From Eledone cirrhosa (lineage: Eukaryota): a stretch of 64,000 nt of DNA. The DNA is taken from contig OZ024741.1 in assembly GCA_964016885.1 (NCBI GenBank), positions 66,836,001-66,900,000 of the forward strand, written 5' to 3'. A program made the translations under genes and the position numbers. Position 1 is the stretch's first letter. The number at the start of each line of letters is the position of its first letter. Shown in pieces: positions 1 to 13,329 of this stretch. The notes under the pieces are model-generated. The model saw nothing but the letters and a program-made list of their open reading frames with translations, was not told the DNA's origin and ran no database searches.

Positions 1-59
1 TGAAGTAGAAATGTAGAGAACCGGAACTGACGCCGTTTGACAATCTAGCGACTTCAGCC

Positions 60-480
60 ATAATAAAATAATTGCTTTTAATTCAGATACAAGGCCAGCT
101 GTGTATGGGGAGGAGAAATCGATTAAATCGACTCAAGTACATGGCTGGTACTGTATCGGCCTCGGAAGGACAAAAAGCGAAGTTGACCTCCGCGGGTTTG
201 AACCTTATAAAGTATTTGTCCAACACCCTAACAATTCTGCTAATCTACTTCCAGTTTTAGCAAAATATTGTTTTCTGATTTAGGCACAAGGCTAACAGTT
301 TTGGAGGGAGGTGAAAGTCGATTAAATCGACCCCAGTACATTACTGGTACTTTATTGTATCGGCCCCCGTAAGGATGAAAGACAGCTAACCTCGATGGAA
401 TTTGAACTCAGAATGTAAAGGGACGTGACTATACGCCGCAAAGCATGTTGTTTGACGCCCTACAATTACTGATAATCCAT
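60..480 (-). mobile_element. Two tandem tRNA-head SINE copies (octopus-type family, name unverified)
   Basis: Recurrent motif GGCACAAGGCCAGC...GTCGATTAAATCGACCCCAGT...ACTGGTACTTTATT..ATCG.CCCCGTAAGGATGAAAG...GGATTTGAACTCAG. On the minus strand GAGTTCAAATCC is B-box-like. Confidence 0.8.
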
Positions 481-523
481 CAACAACAACAACAGCAACA
501 ACAACAACACCAATAATAATAAT

Positions 524-526
<3 letters not shown>

Positions 527-556
<30 letters not shown>

Positions 557-678
557 AAGAAGAAGAAGAAGAAGAAGAAGAAGAAGAAGAAAAGGATGAT
601 GATGAGACAGAAGAAGAAAAGAAAAGAAAGAAGAAGAAGAAGAAGAAGAAGAAGAAGAAGAAGAAGAAGAAGAAGAAG

Positions 679-710
<32 letters not shown>

Positions 711-770
711 GTAGTAGTAGTAGGAGGAGGAGGAGGAGGAGGAAGAGGAAGAAGAGGAGGTGGAAGAGGT
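527..770. repeat. (AAG)n/(TAG)n/(GAG)n compound trinucleotide microsatellite
   Basis: Directly visible; it is the source of the poly-L/F/S ORFs. Confidence 0.95.
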
Positions 771-1048
771 GAAATCCAACAATGGAATGTACAAGGTGTT
801 CTGACAACTCAGTGGAAATTGTTCAGTGTTTGTTTTGTCTTAACAGCTTTCAGTTAAAATGGTTGCCTTCTTTTCCATTGGTTTCACAACCTTGCTTTTT
901 TTTCTTCTTCGCACAATGCATGATCCGGACGATAAAACATTATTGATCTGGAGTGGCATGGTGTTTTACTGCCTTTTATTACAGTCGCCATTGCTGGACT
1001 AAATGCACTCAACGACACAAAGCAATGACATAATATTTATAGCTGGAT

Positions 1049-1116
<68 letters not shown>

Positions 1117-1246
1117 TTACATACACAAATACATATGTAAATACATATATGCATACATGCAGACCTACACATATGCATATATACACATATATATATATAC
1201 ACATGTACGTAAATGAATACATACATACATGCATACATACATACAT

Positions 1247-1838
1247 GGTGGCTGCCAACTCGTTTTCGAGTACGGCCACTACTTTATATCCATGTAGGAG
1301 AACTCCTACCGATGCGCTGAACGAGTGACATTTTAGTCCAGCCAGCGACTTGAAAACTCTGGTACAAACCCTACACTTGTGACAATTATTGACACATAGG
1401 TACCATGTGACGACAAGTGCAGAGAGATCTCCAGATATAAAGCAATGCCTGTGGCGTGAAGCTTTTATAGTGAGCAAAGGCACTGCACAAAGCCAGTCCC
1501 CATCTCTTAACCAAGATGATATTTACCAAAAAGAAGAACAAGTCAACATCATTGGATACCATCAGAGTTGTAGGTGTTATATCAGAGTTTTCCTTCTCCT
1601 AGAATTCTGCCTTGACAAAGGCTAAGGGGTCATCTCTCCCGGTGATTTTGGCTGGCCATTGACTCTTAAGAGCTCCTTTGCCCTTTGACAGGTTTTGTTT
1701 TTAGTCCTGCAGGATGTCCAAAGTCTCCCTCCTCACCAAGAAACCTTGGTGGGGTTGCCAGTTTAGTCGCCAACGACCCGACCATGAGACAGGTTGTACT
1801 GGGATACATGTTACCAGTAGCACCAACTGGTGACCTGA
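1247..1838 (-). mobile_element. ~600 bp non-coding RTE-derived bipartite short retroelement, copy 1, in (TACA)n
   Basis: Near-identical to 30166-30773 and 53692-54299. Carries the RTE 5'-UTR-type motif CTAGGAGAAGGAAAACTCTG and a 3' hairpin (CTCG AAAA CGAG) followed by (TGTA)n. Confidence 0.7.
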
Positions 1839-1927
1839 TATACATACATACATACATACATACATACATACATACATACACACATGAATACATACATACA
1901 TATATACATACATACGTACACACATGA

Positions 1928-1960
<33 letters not shown>

Positions 1961-2284
1961 CATACATGCATGCATATAGCTGGATATATATATATATATA
2001 TATACTTACATGCACGTATACATACATACACACATGCTTACACTCTTACATACGTACATACACACAAATAACTGGGTATGCTGGTTAAAACGGGTCATAA
2101 TGTTGTAGTAAGTGTGTCATAATATGGATGACAGTGAGAGAGACGAGTGCTTCGTGAATGCTAGCGTGAAGTGGCACGAGACCAGCTATTTCGAAGGGGA
2201 CAGAGCTCACTGTCATTGTTAGAAAAGACGAGTAGCCCAGATGTTTGACTGTTTATTGAGTGACCTCATGCCAATCAGCCAAGC

Positions 2285-2580
2285 GGCTGTTAGAGATGTG
2301 TTGACATTACTCCACTGTATATCTCTTCTGAGCTGTGTAAAGGTTACCAGTTGATGGCGGCTGTTTGAGATGTTTGAGCATTACTCCACTATATATCTCT
2401 TCTGAGCTGTGTAAAGGTTACCAGTTGATGGCGGCTGTTTGAGATGTTTGAGCATTACTCCACTATATATCTCTTCTGAGCTGTGTAAAGGTTACCAGTT
2501 GATGGCGGCTCTTTGAGATGTTTGAGCATTACTCCACTATATATCTCTTCCGAGCTGTGTAAAGGTTACTAGTTGATGGC
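2285..2580. repeat. 74-bp tandem repeat x4
   Basis: Unit GGCTGTTTGAGATG...CCAGTTGATGGC starts at 2285, 2359 and onward. Confidence 0.9.
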
Positions 2581-3626
2581 GACTTAAGAATTTTCGGGTC
2601 CTGAAATGGTGCAGCTGTTCCTAAGTTGAGTATGTACTTTCTGTAGGCGCATAGCATTTGTAATAAACTTGAGGGTTTTAGGCAGTTCAGGATTAGCGTA
2701 ATATTTCGACGGATATACTGCTCATAGAACCTTCAGAAATGAGCAGTGGAGGGAAGAAGGACCCCAGAATGTTAGTAGCAATCCTTTTGACAAGAGAACA
2801 AAAGGCTCGGCTGAATTGGCGCCTGCAGACTGTAGGATACAGGCTGTGGCATCCTTCTCAGTTCGTAAAATTAATTTCCAGGATATGCTGTGTTGTGTAA
2901 AAGCATTGTATATTTTAGAGCAGTGATTTTCTTCTAGTGCTCTCAATTGAAATGCCACTGTGCAGATATGAGAGAAACATTTTGGGGATTCAGGTGCTAC
3001 AAGCTTTTGTTGGGCGGCCTATGTTGAGGGACATGTCTTCGAGGATATCGTAGGTACTCACCTACTTGTTCTTAAGGATGAAGTACATATGCAGTCAGGG
3101 ATAGTTAGCATAAAACTGGAGGAACACCGATTATCACCTGGCTTGAAGTGTCATATTGTGGGGCGTTGAATAGCATGTGGATGTGTGGTGAGTAGTCGCG
3201 ATAATGCAGTGTCGGAAAACCCAAAAGCTGCAGAAACAATAATGGTTTGGTAGGTTCTTCATTTAGAGGTGAGAACGACATTAAATGCGTTTAGTGTGTT
3301 AGTGTTTCGGCTAGGGGAGCATGTAACGTATATAACTAATTGATGAAAATAGTTAAACATTGTGAAAATTTAGCTTTTGTTTCGGTATGAATGTAAGAGA
3401 CAAGAAGAGTTGTGTGCATTTCAAGTCACCGATGGTAAGGGATTCGGAAGGGACTGGAGTGAAATAGATGTCCTCAATGTAGGAAGGAATGTGACCTATG
3501 AGTTTTTGGTAGTTGGAGGAGTTTGAAGAGCAGTAGAAAATACTGATTTACAAGAGTAAGGATGGAGACTTTGGGACCAAGAAAGGGCAAGTCATTGTTA
3601 CGAATATCCAAAAGTTAGTGTAGTTA

Positions 3627-3788
3627 GTAGCGGGGTTAGAGGAAACTATATATGTATAGTAGCGGGCTTAGAGGAAACTATATATGTATAGTAGCGGGCT
3701 TAGAAGAAACTATATATGTATAGTAGCGGGGTTAGAGGAAACTATATATGTATAGTAGCGGGGTTAGAGGAAACTATATATGTATAGT
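3627..3788. repeat. 32-bp tandem repeat x5
   Basis: Unit GTAGCGGGGTTAGAGGAAACTATATATGTATA. Confidence 0.9.
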
Positions 3789-4694
3789 CACAAAGGTTCA
3801 GAATGAATTGCCTGATAAAAAGAAAAGAGAAATTTGTTATTCGAAGAGGAATGGAATGTTTGTATGTTAGAGGTAATGAGTGAGTTCTAGGTTGTTAGAA
3901 GTGAAGTGTAAGGTCTAGCTCGTTATTGAACGGAGAATTGTGAGGTCTAGGCTCTTAGTGTAAGGTATAAATTGTATCGGAGACGGCGGGGACTTGTCCA
4001 GCTCGTAGTCATTGTGGCTCTTTTATCCCAGATCAGTCTTAACTAGGCAGATCTATGACAAAATGAGTTCCAATCTTTTAAAGACAGCAAGATGGAAATT
4101 TAGAGAGTTTTGGTTACTGTTTCTTGCATGTCGACTCTGCTCCCTACTGGATATGTTATTTTGTGTTACTGCCATTAAAATTTATTTTAAAGCAAGATTG
4201 ATGTTTTAAAGGCTGTTTTTATAATATTGTTACCACCACACCAGACAATAATATTGTCATTTCACACATTTGTCAATACTATGATCACCATTCACTAGAT
4301 AATAACTTCCTCACCATACACCTAACAGTAACAATATCACTACAGAACTGACAATAATATTTTCACTATAACACCGCAGAAAATATGAATAACGGCGTAG
4401 TATTACTCAATACTTCATATTTAGCCACTTCAGTGTAGTATCTATGAAGGTATTCGTTGCAAAGTCTTGTAGTTCGAATGACTGTGTAGAGGCATACTTG
4501 TTAGAAATGATATCAATGTACATTTACTACTTTGATCACCAAATATACGTCATTCGAAGTTATAGTCAAATTAAAATAAGTGGACCCTGTCATAATTTGG
4601 TCTGCGAATTAATAGGAAGCAATACTAAACAAGAAATGCAGACTTTTAAAATGAAAATCAGCAACACGAACCATATTAATATAATAGTTTTTAA

Positions 4695-4904
4695 CCCTTT
4701 AGCATTTACATTACTCTATATATACACTATTGTATTTTCATAGTAAAGGCTTTATCTCACATAATATCGAATCTATGAGATTTTGATGGTATTTATTTTG
4801 AAAACAATACCTTAACATCAGTATCAGCGGCCAGTAACGGCCGGTTTGAACAGAAAGAGGTGACAAAATCCTGGCTGGATGTGGCCGGTTTAAATGTTAA
4901 AGGG
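4695..4904. mobile_element. piggyBac-like MITE
   Basis: TTAA|CCCTTTAGCATTTA ... TAAATGTTAAAGGG|TTAA: terminal inverted repeats with a TTAA TSD. Confidence 0.75.
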
Positions 4905-4909
4905 TTAAT

Positions 4910-5320
4910 ATCTGACACAAGGCTAGACACTTTAGAGAGAAGAAAAAGTCGATTATATAAACTTCAGCACACAGGTGATACCTTATTTTCTATGATGAAA
5001 AGCAGCCTTTATCGGGATTTGAACTCATAGAGTAAAAAGCTAAGTTTTGTCCGATGTTCTAACGACTTAGCCAACTCATCGGCCTCTACTTTAATATAAT
5101 TGTTTCCACATTTAGCATAAGACCAGCAATTTAAAGGCTAGAAAAATGTCGTTTAAATCGACTCCAATGCATTACGGCTACTTTATTTCATCGACCCGTA
5201 AGGATGAAAGACAAAGCTAACTTCGGAGAGATTTGAACACAGACCATAATTAGCCATAACAATATGCCCCAGAGCATGTTGTTCGATGCGTTACTGATAC
5301 TGCTAATCCATCACCCTAGC
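4910..5320 (-). mobile_element. Two diverged tandem SINE copies (same family as 60-480)
   Basis: GATTTGAAC, ATCGACCCGTAAGGATGAAAG and related motifs. Confidence 0.65.
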
Positions 5321-5329
5321 TACTTTAAA

Positions 5330-5480
<151 letters not shown>

Positions 5481-5489
5481 TATATATAT

Positions 5490-5522
<33 letters not shown>

Positions 5523-5527
5523 TATAT

Positions 5528-5604
<77 letters not shown>

Positions 5605-5609
5605 TATAT

Positions 5610-5710
<101 letters not shown>

Positions 5711-5723
5711 TATATATATATAT

Positions 5724-6369
5724 AAGTATGTACACGTACATACATATGTGTATACAGACGTACAGTAGTTTGTATATATATATATACATACATACATGCA
5801 CACATATATATATGCACGTATGGATTCACCGAACATTTATTATAATGATCGGTGTGTTTGTAAACAAACATCCCGATATTAAGCCGTAGTGTCTAGCAAC
5901 CATCGTTGCTCGCTTGTTCAAACTGACAAAGGAACGCTGTACTAGTTTCAAGCTTGTTAGCTATCGTCAGCAACGTATACCTTCCTGCCTGATTGTTGAA
6001 CGTATATACTTACCTTATGCATATTAATGGCTGAGTAGCCCTATTTGCATATCGAGTGGGTTAATCGGCCGGGTGCACCGAAAACGATAAACAGAAAAAA
6101 TGAAACGATATTTCATTTCCCACACTTAGTACGACTGTTACTTAAATATGACACTACGGCTTAATACGGGATGTTTGTTTACAAACACACCAAGCATTAT
6201 AATAAATGTTCGGTGAATCCATACGTGCATATATATATGTGTGCATGTATGTATATATATATACATACTACTGTACGTCTGTATACATATATGTATGTAC
6301 GTGTACATACTTATATTTAAGTAACAGCCGTACTAAGAGTGGGAAATGAAATATCGTTTCATTTTTTCT

Positions 6370-6372
<3 letters not shown>
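5724..6372 (-). mobile_element. ORF-less HHR element family B (fold-back, ~425-nt monomer) in (TA)n
   Basis: 5724-5893 is inverted at 6150-6314, and 6315-6372 is the reverse complement of 6089-6148. Homologous to 61872-63125. Confidence 0.8.
5934..5976 (-). ncRNA. Type I hammerhead ribozyme (family B)
   Basis: Minus strand: ACGTTG-CTGACGA-TAGCT AACA AGCTT-GAAA-CTAG-TA^CAGCGT. Stem I is 6 bp and stem III is palindromic. Confidence 0.85.
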
Positions 6373-6450
<78 letters not shown>

Positions 6451-6467
6451 TATATACATATATATAT

Positions 6468-6535
<68 letters not shown>

Positions 6536-6748
6536 ATAATTGTTTCTACTTTAGGCACAAGGTCAGCAAATACTCAGTACATTACTGGTACTTTATTTTA
6601 TCGACCCCGTAAGGATGAAAGGCAAAGTTATCTAATATATATAGTAATAATAATAACTTTGAAGACTAAAATCCAAACAGGTATGTGTGTGCGCTTGTTA
6701 TATACGTATTTATTTATTTATATACGTTTATTTATTTATTTGTATACA

Positions 6749-6849
<101 letters not shown>

Positions 6850-7436
6850 TTTATATGTGCGTGGTTTTGTATACCTATGGCAAGTGTTTTGCGTATGCTT
6901 GTGTATGTAGGTATTTGCATGCGTGTATGTATTTATTTAATTTCTATTACCTCTGTCTTGTATTTTTTAACTTTATTCTTAACTCTGAAGCGGAGAATCA
7001 TTCGGTTTCCTAGTTAGAATTTTAGTTTACGACTTTAGTTATACCATTTACGTGGTTTTGTCTTTGCGTGCAATTGTTCTCCACGCTCCACATATGACGT
7101 ATTATCTTCGTTTTTCCGTTCATTGCCTGAGAACGTCTCTATGAACAACCTAAGAGAATATTAGTCTACGACTTCTTTTATGCCATAAACGTGGTTCTGT
7201 CTTTGCGTGTACTTGTTTTTCACCGCTCCAAATAATGACGTATTATATTCGTTTTTTCCCGTTCTTTGCCAGGGAACGTTTCCACGAACCAAAGTATCGT
7301 CTTCCTGTCTTCCTCCATTTGTAACGTTTTTTGAAATATTCACTTCTGCGTTTAGAGATTGACTTTGTTAGTTTCAGAAGATCCCGTTAAGGGTGAAAGC
7401 AGCGATTCTTTGCTTAAACTTTAATCTGTTATTTTA

Positions 7437-7485
<49 letters not shown>

Positions 7486-7597
7486 CGATATTAATAAATG
7501 GAAACTATATTTATAAAACCATATTTATTTCATTATATCAGTTATAAAAATATTTACTTGTTGTATCCCAACAATTTTAAATAGAACTTTTGCATAT
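7486..7597. mobile_element. Mini fold-back remnant of the pLTR of the 43574-48237 PLE
   Basis: The first half matches 47800-47851 and the second half is the reverse complement of 43574-43636. Flanked by (TA)n. Confidence 0.75.
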
Positions 7598-7728
7598 ATA
7601 TACATATATATATATATACATATATATATATACATATATACATATATATATATACATATATATGCATATGTTTTTATATGTCTCTTGTGTTGAAAAGGAG
7701 GTCAAGTATGTTATAGATCACTAAATAG

Positions 7729-7777
7729 TTGCTCCGAAGAGTCCAAACCTCGGTTTGGAGGAAACAATTGTAAGCAA
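7729..7777 (+). ncRNA. Type I hammerhead ribozyme (solo pLTR remnant)
   Basis: TTGCT-CCGAAGA-G TCCAAACC TC GGTTTGGA G-GAAA-CAATTG-TA^AGCAA, immediately followed by AATAAA. Confidence 0.8.
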
Positions 7778-7811
7778 ATAAATGATTTAAACTGAACTTT
7801 GATTATTGTAA

Positions 7812-7973
<162 letters not shown>

Positions 7974-7990
7974 TATATAGATATATATAG

Positions 7991-8029
<39 letters not shown>

Positions 8030-8039
8030 AACCAGTAAG

Positions 8040-8133
8040 ACCCCGACAGCTGAGCTCAAGCCGTTTCGACGGCTAATTCTGGACTAAATGAACATTTATC
8101 CTGGTATTTAAATAGCCGATCTTCTCAAGGGGT
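8040..8133 (-). ncRNA. Hammerhead ribozyme family A (inverted copy, U3-A8 core)
   Basis: Reverse complement of 9025-9118. Confidence 0.75.
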
Positions 8134-9024
8134 AATTCCATATATGGTCAAAGTGATTGTCAAAAATCAGTAGTAATTCTGTGGTTGCAAATTAGTAGGG
8201 GAGATTGTGGCTAAACCTGCCAGTAGGAGAAAGAGGGGAGGGGGTGGAGTAGACCCAATCAAGCGTTGGTAGTGCCAGCTACAGCTGGGCATGAGGTCAA
8301 AGAAGATACAGGGGAGGGGGAGGGGGAGGAAGTCGGAACGGTAGGTAGAACAATGGGGGGTAAAAATAGGAAAGAAAAAATACTGAGAGTGAAGAAAAGC
8401 AAATAAGTGTAAAGAAAAAATTAAATTCTACGACCTAGGTGTCAGGCTATTGTTAGGCGAGAATAAAATAAAGAAAGAAAGAAAGAAGTAAATAAATAAA
8501 TAAAAAAATAAATAAGGAAATAAGTAAAAGAACTAGGTGGGACGAATTAGGCAAGGACCCTTTTAAGAGGTATAAGTACGTAAATGATACGGTGACTGGT
8601 CAACAAAAGGGGCCTTGGCCCCTTTTGTTGACCAGTTATTTCCTTATTTATTTTTTTATTTATTTATTTACTTCTTTCTTTCTTTCTTTATTTTATTCTC
8701 GCCTAACAATAGCCTGACACCTAGGTCGTAGAATTTAATTTTTTCTTTACACTTATTTGCTTTTCTTCACTCTCAGTATTTTTTCTTTCCTATTTTTACC
8801 CCCCATTGTTCTACCTACCGTTCCGACTTCCTCCCCCTCCCCCTCCCCTGTATCTTCTTTGACCTCATGCCCAGCTGTAGCTGGCACTACCAACGCTTGA
8901 TTGGGTCTACTCCACCCCCTCCCCTCTTTCTCCTACTGGCAGGTTTAGCCACCATCTCCCTACTAATTTGCAACCACAGAATTACTACTGATTTTTGACA
9001 ATCACTTTGACCATATATGGAATT

Positions 9025-9118
9025 ACCCCTTGAGAAGATCGGCTATTTAAATACCAGGATAAATGTTCATTTAGTCCAGAATTAGCCGTCGAAACGGCTT
9101 GAGCTCAGCTGTCGGGGT
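9025..9118 (+). ncRNA. Hammerhead ribozyme family A, U3-A8 variant core
   Basis: ACCCC-TTGAGAA-GATCGGCTA...TAGCCGTC-GAAA-CGGC TTGAGCTCA GCTGTC^GGGGT. Confidence 0.75.
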
Positions 9119-9209
9119 CTTACTGGTTCCTATTACCCACTCTACTACCTCAAGTATTGAGTACTTTGGTGCGTTATGGTCCACCTGGTTCCTTACCACA
9201 TTTCCTTCG

Positions 9210-9312
<103 letters not shown>

Positions 9313-9323
9313 TATATATATAT

Positions 9324-9969
9324 AAGTATGTACACGTACATACATATGTGTATACAGACGTACAGTAGTTTGTATATATATATATACATACATACATGCA
9401 CACATATATATATGCACGTATGGATTCACCGAACATTTATTATAATGATCGGTGTGTTTGTAAACAAACATCCCGATATTAAGCCGTAGTGTCTAGCAAC
9501 CATCGTTGCTCGCTTGTTCAAACTGACAAAGGAACGCTGTACTGGTTTCAAGCTTGTTAGCTATCGTCAGCAACGTATACCTTCCTGCCTGATTGTTGAA
9601 CGGATATACTTACCTTATGCATATTAATGGCTGAGTAGCCCTATTTGCATATCGAGTGGGTTAATCGGCCGGGTGCACCGAAAACGATAAACAGAAAAAA
9701 TGAAACGATATTTCATTTCCCACACTTAGTACGACTGTTACTTAAATATGACACTACGGCTTAATACGGGATGTTTGTTTACAAACACACCAAGCATTAT
9801 AATAAATGTTCGGTGAATCCATACGTGCATATATATATGTGTGCATGTATGTATATATATATACATACTACTGTACGTCTGTATACATATATGTATGTAC
9901 GTGTACATACTTATATTTAAGTAACAGCCGTACTAAGAGTGGGAAATGAAATATCGTTTCATTTTTTCT

Positions 9970-9972
<3 letters not shown>
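9324..9972 (-). mobile_element. Family B HHR element, second copy (HHR at 9534-9576, minus)
   Basis: Near-identical to 5724-6372 at an offset of exactly 3600 bp. Confidence 0.85.
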
Positions 9973-10038
<66 letters not shown>

Positions 10039-10067
10039 TATATACATATATATATATATACATATAT

Positions 10068-10158
<91 letters not shown>

Positions 10159-10372
10159 AGTAATAATTGTTTCTACTTTAGGCACAAGGCCAGCAAATAC
10201 TCAGTACATTACTGGTACTTTATTTTATCGACCCCGTAAGGATGAAAGGCAAAGTTATCTAATATATATAGTAATAATAATAACTTTGAAGACTAAAATC
10301 CAAACAGGTATGTGTGTGCGCTTGTTATATACGTATTTATTTATTTATATACGTTTATTTATTTATTTGTAT

Positions 10373-10428
<56 letters not shown>

Positions 10429-10444
10429 ACACACACACACACAG

Positions 10445-11160
10445 CATCGGATCCTTAAGGATAAAGGAAGCACTTGTTATTAAGAACCTCAGACCCCCAC
10501 TTAACAACCGGGCTGAGAGAAATGAACTGACATGGCTCATCTAACCATAGTGACCAGTAACAGCCCCTACGGCTTACTATCTTTCACACACACGCACTTA
10601 TATGTATACCCATACACATACACACACACACACATCTATATTTATACACGCACACATGTTTATACAACCTACCACCTTTCACACCCTTTGAATTCCAGCT
10701 TCTACGGCCCACTATCTTTCACACACACACACTCACATACATACACACATACACATATACACACACAGTTACACACACATATATATTTACACACATATTT
10801 TACGGCTTCCACGCGCTAGCGCACCCTATTGATCTAACCCAATTGGTCAGTAACTTTTGCCACAGCCTATCACGCGCACGCGCATTCTTTCCCTCGTTTG
10901 AATTTTCCCCATAACGGCATTCCTATGTTTTAACGACAATACAACAACTTTCTCCGGCTTAGCCTGTTCCCCCCCTTTTGGAACTTTACCCCCGTTGATG
11001 GGCGTGAGCCCGAAATATTGGGATTAAATCTCCACTACGGTAATCCTTCTACCTTTGTTTTGTTTTCGTTTCTCTCATTTTTCACTTTACTTACTCACTT
11101 CCTACCTCGAGATTTCCCATCTGCATTGTTGTGGCTTTCTAAACTACATATTTTAAATAT
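10445..11160 (+). mobile_element. 3' end of a Penelope/Poseidon-type PLE with pLTR and variant HHR (10989-11022)
   Basis: GIY-YIG C-terminus [32 protein letters not shown]-like CCC-CCGTTGA-T GGGC GTGA GCCC-GAAA-TA-TT^GGG, with A6U. Confidence 0.65.
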
Positions 11161-11183
11161 ATATATGTATATATATATATATA

Positions 11184-11886
11184 TACTATAGAGTAAAGCA
11201 TGTCCAGATAATTATTTGATAATATATATACATCATTTCTACTCCCAATTAGCATAATTAACCACACAAAAAAATCAACTAGACCAGGCTATAAGAATAA
11301 GAGGCGCCTATGAAGAAACAGTAAATAAATACACCACAGCAGCGACTTCGCGGCCAACTGCTATAGAATATTTACCCAACATTTCAACAGCACGAGGAAA
11401 TTAATTAAATATACACAATTAGGTAAAAATTAAAGTTAGAAATGCTTATATACATACCAGGATTAAATCACTAAATCCCGACCCATGGTTTTCGCTCACA
11501 TTTTGAGATATCCTATTAAGGATAAATCTCGAGTTTAGAGCTCTTCGGGGGAGAAACTCGCTAGGACAGATTATTTTCTGAAGTGGCCCCCGCCAAATAC
11601 GAATTCAAAATGGTTGAGAACTGTGACGTGGCAGTGGTCAAGTCAGAAAGGGTGTGATTGGTTGCTTACGGCAAGTGGGTTGGTTGCTAGAATGCGCAGC
11701 CCAATATCGCCCAAATTGTATCTCAAACTTATGGGAGATTATTAAATATAAATATTTACACATACACGAATTAAACAAAGTCACAGGTATATATGTGTTT
11801 TGGCAACTATTCACGATGTGGCTCAATGAAGAATTAATAAATTAAATAATCAGAGCAAAATACTATAGAGTAAAGCATGTCCAGAG

Positions 11887-11892
<6 letters not shown>
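11184..11892 (-). mobile_element. ORF-less HHR element family C, 677-bp unit with ~30-bp terminal direct repeat
   Basis: TACTATAGAGTAAAGCATGTCCAGA occurs at 11184 and 11861. Flanked by (TA)n. Homologous to 35463-36320. Confidence 0.8.
11477..11551 (-). ncRNA. Hammerhead ribozyme family C
   Basis: Minus strand: CCC-CCGAAGA-GCTC...GAGC-GAAA-ACCATGGG-TC^GGG. Confidence 0.75.
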
Positions 11893-11944
<52 letters not shown>

Positions 11945-11984
11945 AAATGAAAATCCGAAGGCAAGGTAAAATCAATCATTTAAT

Positions 11985-12056
11985 CACGACACATGTTTCA
12001 ATAAGAGATAGATCGATTGTGAAGCCATGATCGATTATCACTGATCTCATCAGGTG
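11985..12056 (-). ncRNA. Hammerhead ribozyme in solo pLTR (11941-12208) between (TA)n tracts
   Basis: Minus strand: CAC-CTGATGA-[stem II with ATCGAT/ATCGAT hairpin]-GAAA-CATGTG-TC^GTG. Confidence 0.7.
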
Positions 12057-12205
12057 AAAATGAATTGTCTTATACTCCGTTTTACATCATCTAGCTGTTC
12101 CCTCGAATGGAATTGGAGATATACAAAAGCGTGGAGAACTTAATATTGCTAACATAAAGTTATTGGACCATTTTACACAACCAATAATACACCTTACTAT
12201 ATAAC

Positions 12206-12399
<194 letters not shown>

Positions 12400-12416
12400 A
12401 TATATATATATATATA

Positions 12417-12485
12417 GTGTTTATTTGAGTGTTAAATTGTTGTATTTAGGATGTATAATCTAGTGGGGTGCTTGAGACAATGGTG

Positions 12486-12527
<42 letters not shown>

Positions 12528-12600
12528 CACCATTGTCTCATCAAACACTCACTAGATTATACATCGTAAATACAACAATTTAACACTCAAATAAACACTA
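12417..12600. repeat. ~70-bp inverted repeat centred on (TA)n
   Basis: TAGTGTTTATTTGAGTG...CAATGGTGC(TA)nGCACCATTG...CACTCAAATAAAACACTA. Confidence 0.8.
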
Positions 12601-13329
12601 TTGCTGAGGTGACTGGGTGTATACCTCATTATTTTCAAATAGTGAAGACAACAAATAAGATTATATAATATTATCACAACTAAACATTCCACACAACACA
12701 CAGATTACAACAAATCTCTCCTAGCCATTAGCTTTTACTCCATTCACGTAGATACTACATTGTTTTAGTAGTCAACTATTCCTAACATTTATCAGGGTAC
12801 TTACCATTTATCATCACAAAAACATTCACACATTAATAAAGAAAGCTATTTCAAAAGAAAAGTACAACAGAACGATTTGCATAACTAAACCAAATCAAAG
12901 TTTCGGAAATCAACAAATCTACCATGACCAACACTGCAGTATATACGTCCAAGAAAATAATTACAGATATATCCAAGAATCATATCCCGCAAGATAAAAA
13001 ATATATATTAAAAAATGTTAAGCTCTAATTATACATCAGAAATATCCATCCTCATAAAAGAATCACAGAGAGGACTTCAAACACGATATATTAAAACGAC
13101 ACACAAGAAAATAACAATAAAATATAGCATATTAAGAGACATCTTCAAACATTTGTATCCAATAGAAACCATAAAAGAGTAATTAACAACATCAACAACA
13201 AAATAATGGTTTCATATTTACATAACATAACCACATAACATAAAATGATATAAACACACGTAGATGTCTTTATCAGATATCCCTTGAAAATTAGCCACAA
13301 AACCCACACAGTTTAGGCTAAAAGCGTGG

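Noticed and set aside
2285-3788. CRISPR-like appearance of the regular repeats
   Set aside because: Contiguous tandem units with no unique spacers, in a eukaryotic context.
2600-4230. Possible decayed PLE on the minus strand (..SISWKLI.., PYTKSL..)
   Set aside because: The motifs are too weak and fragmented to call.
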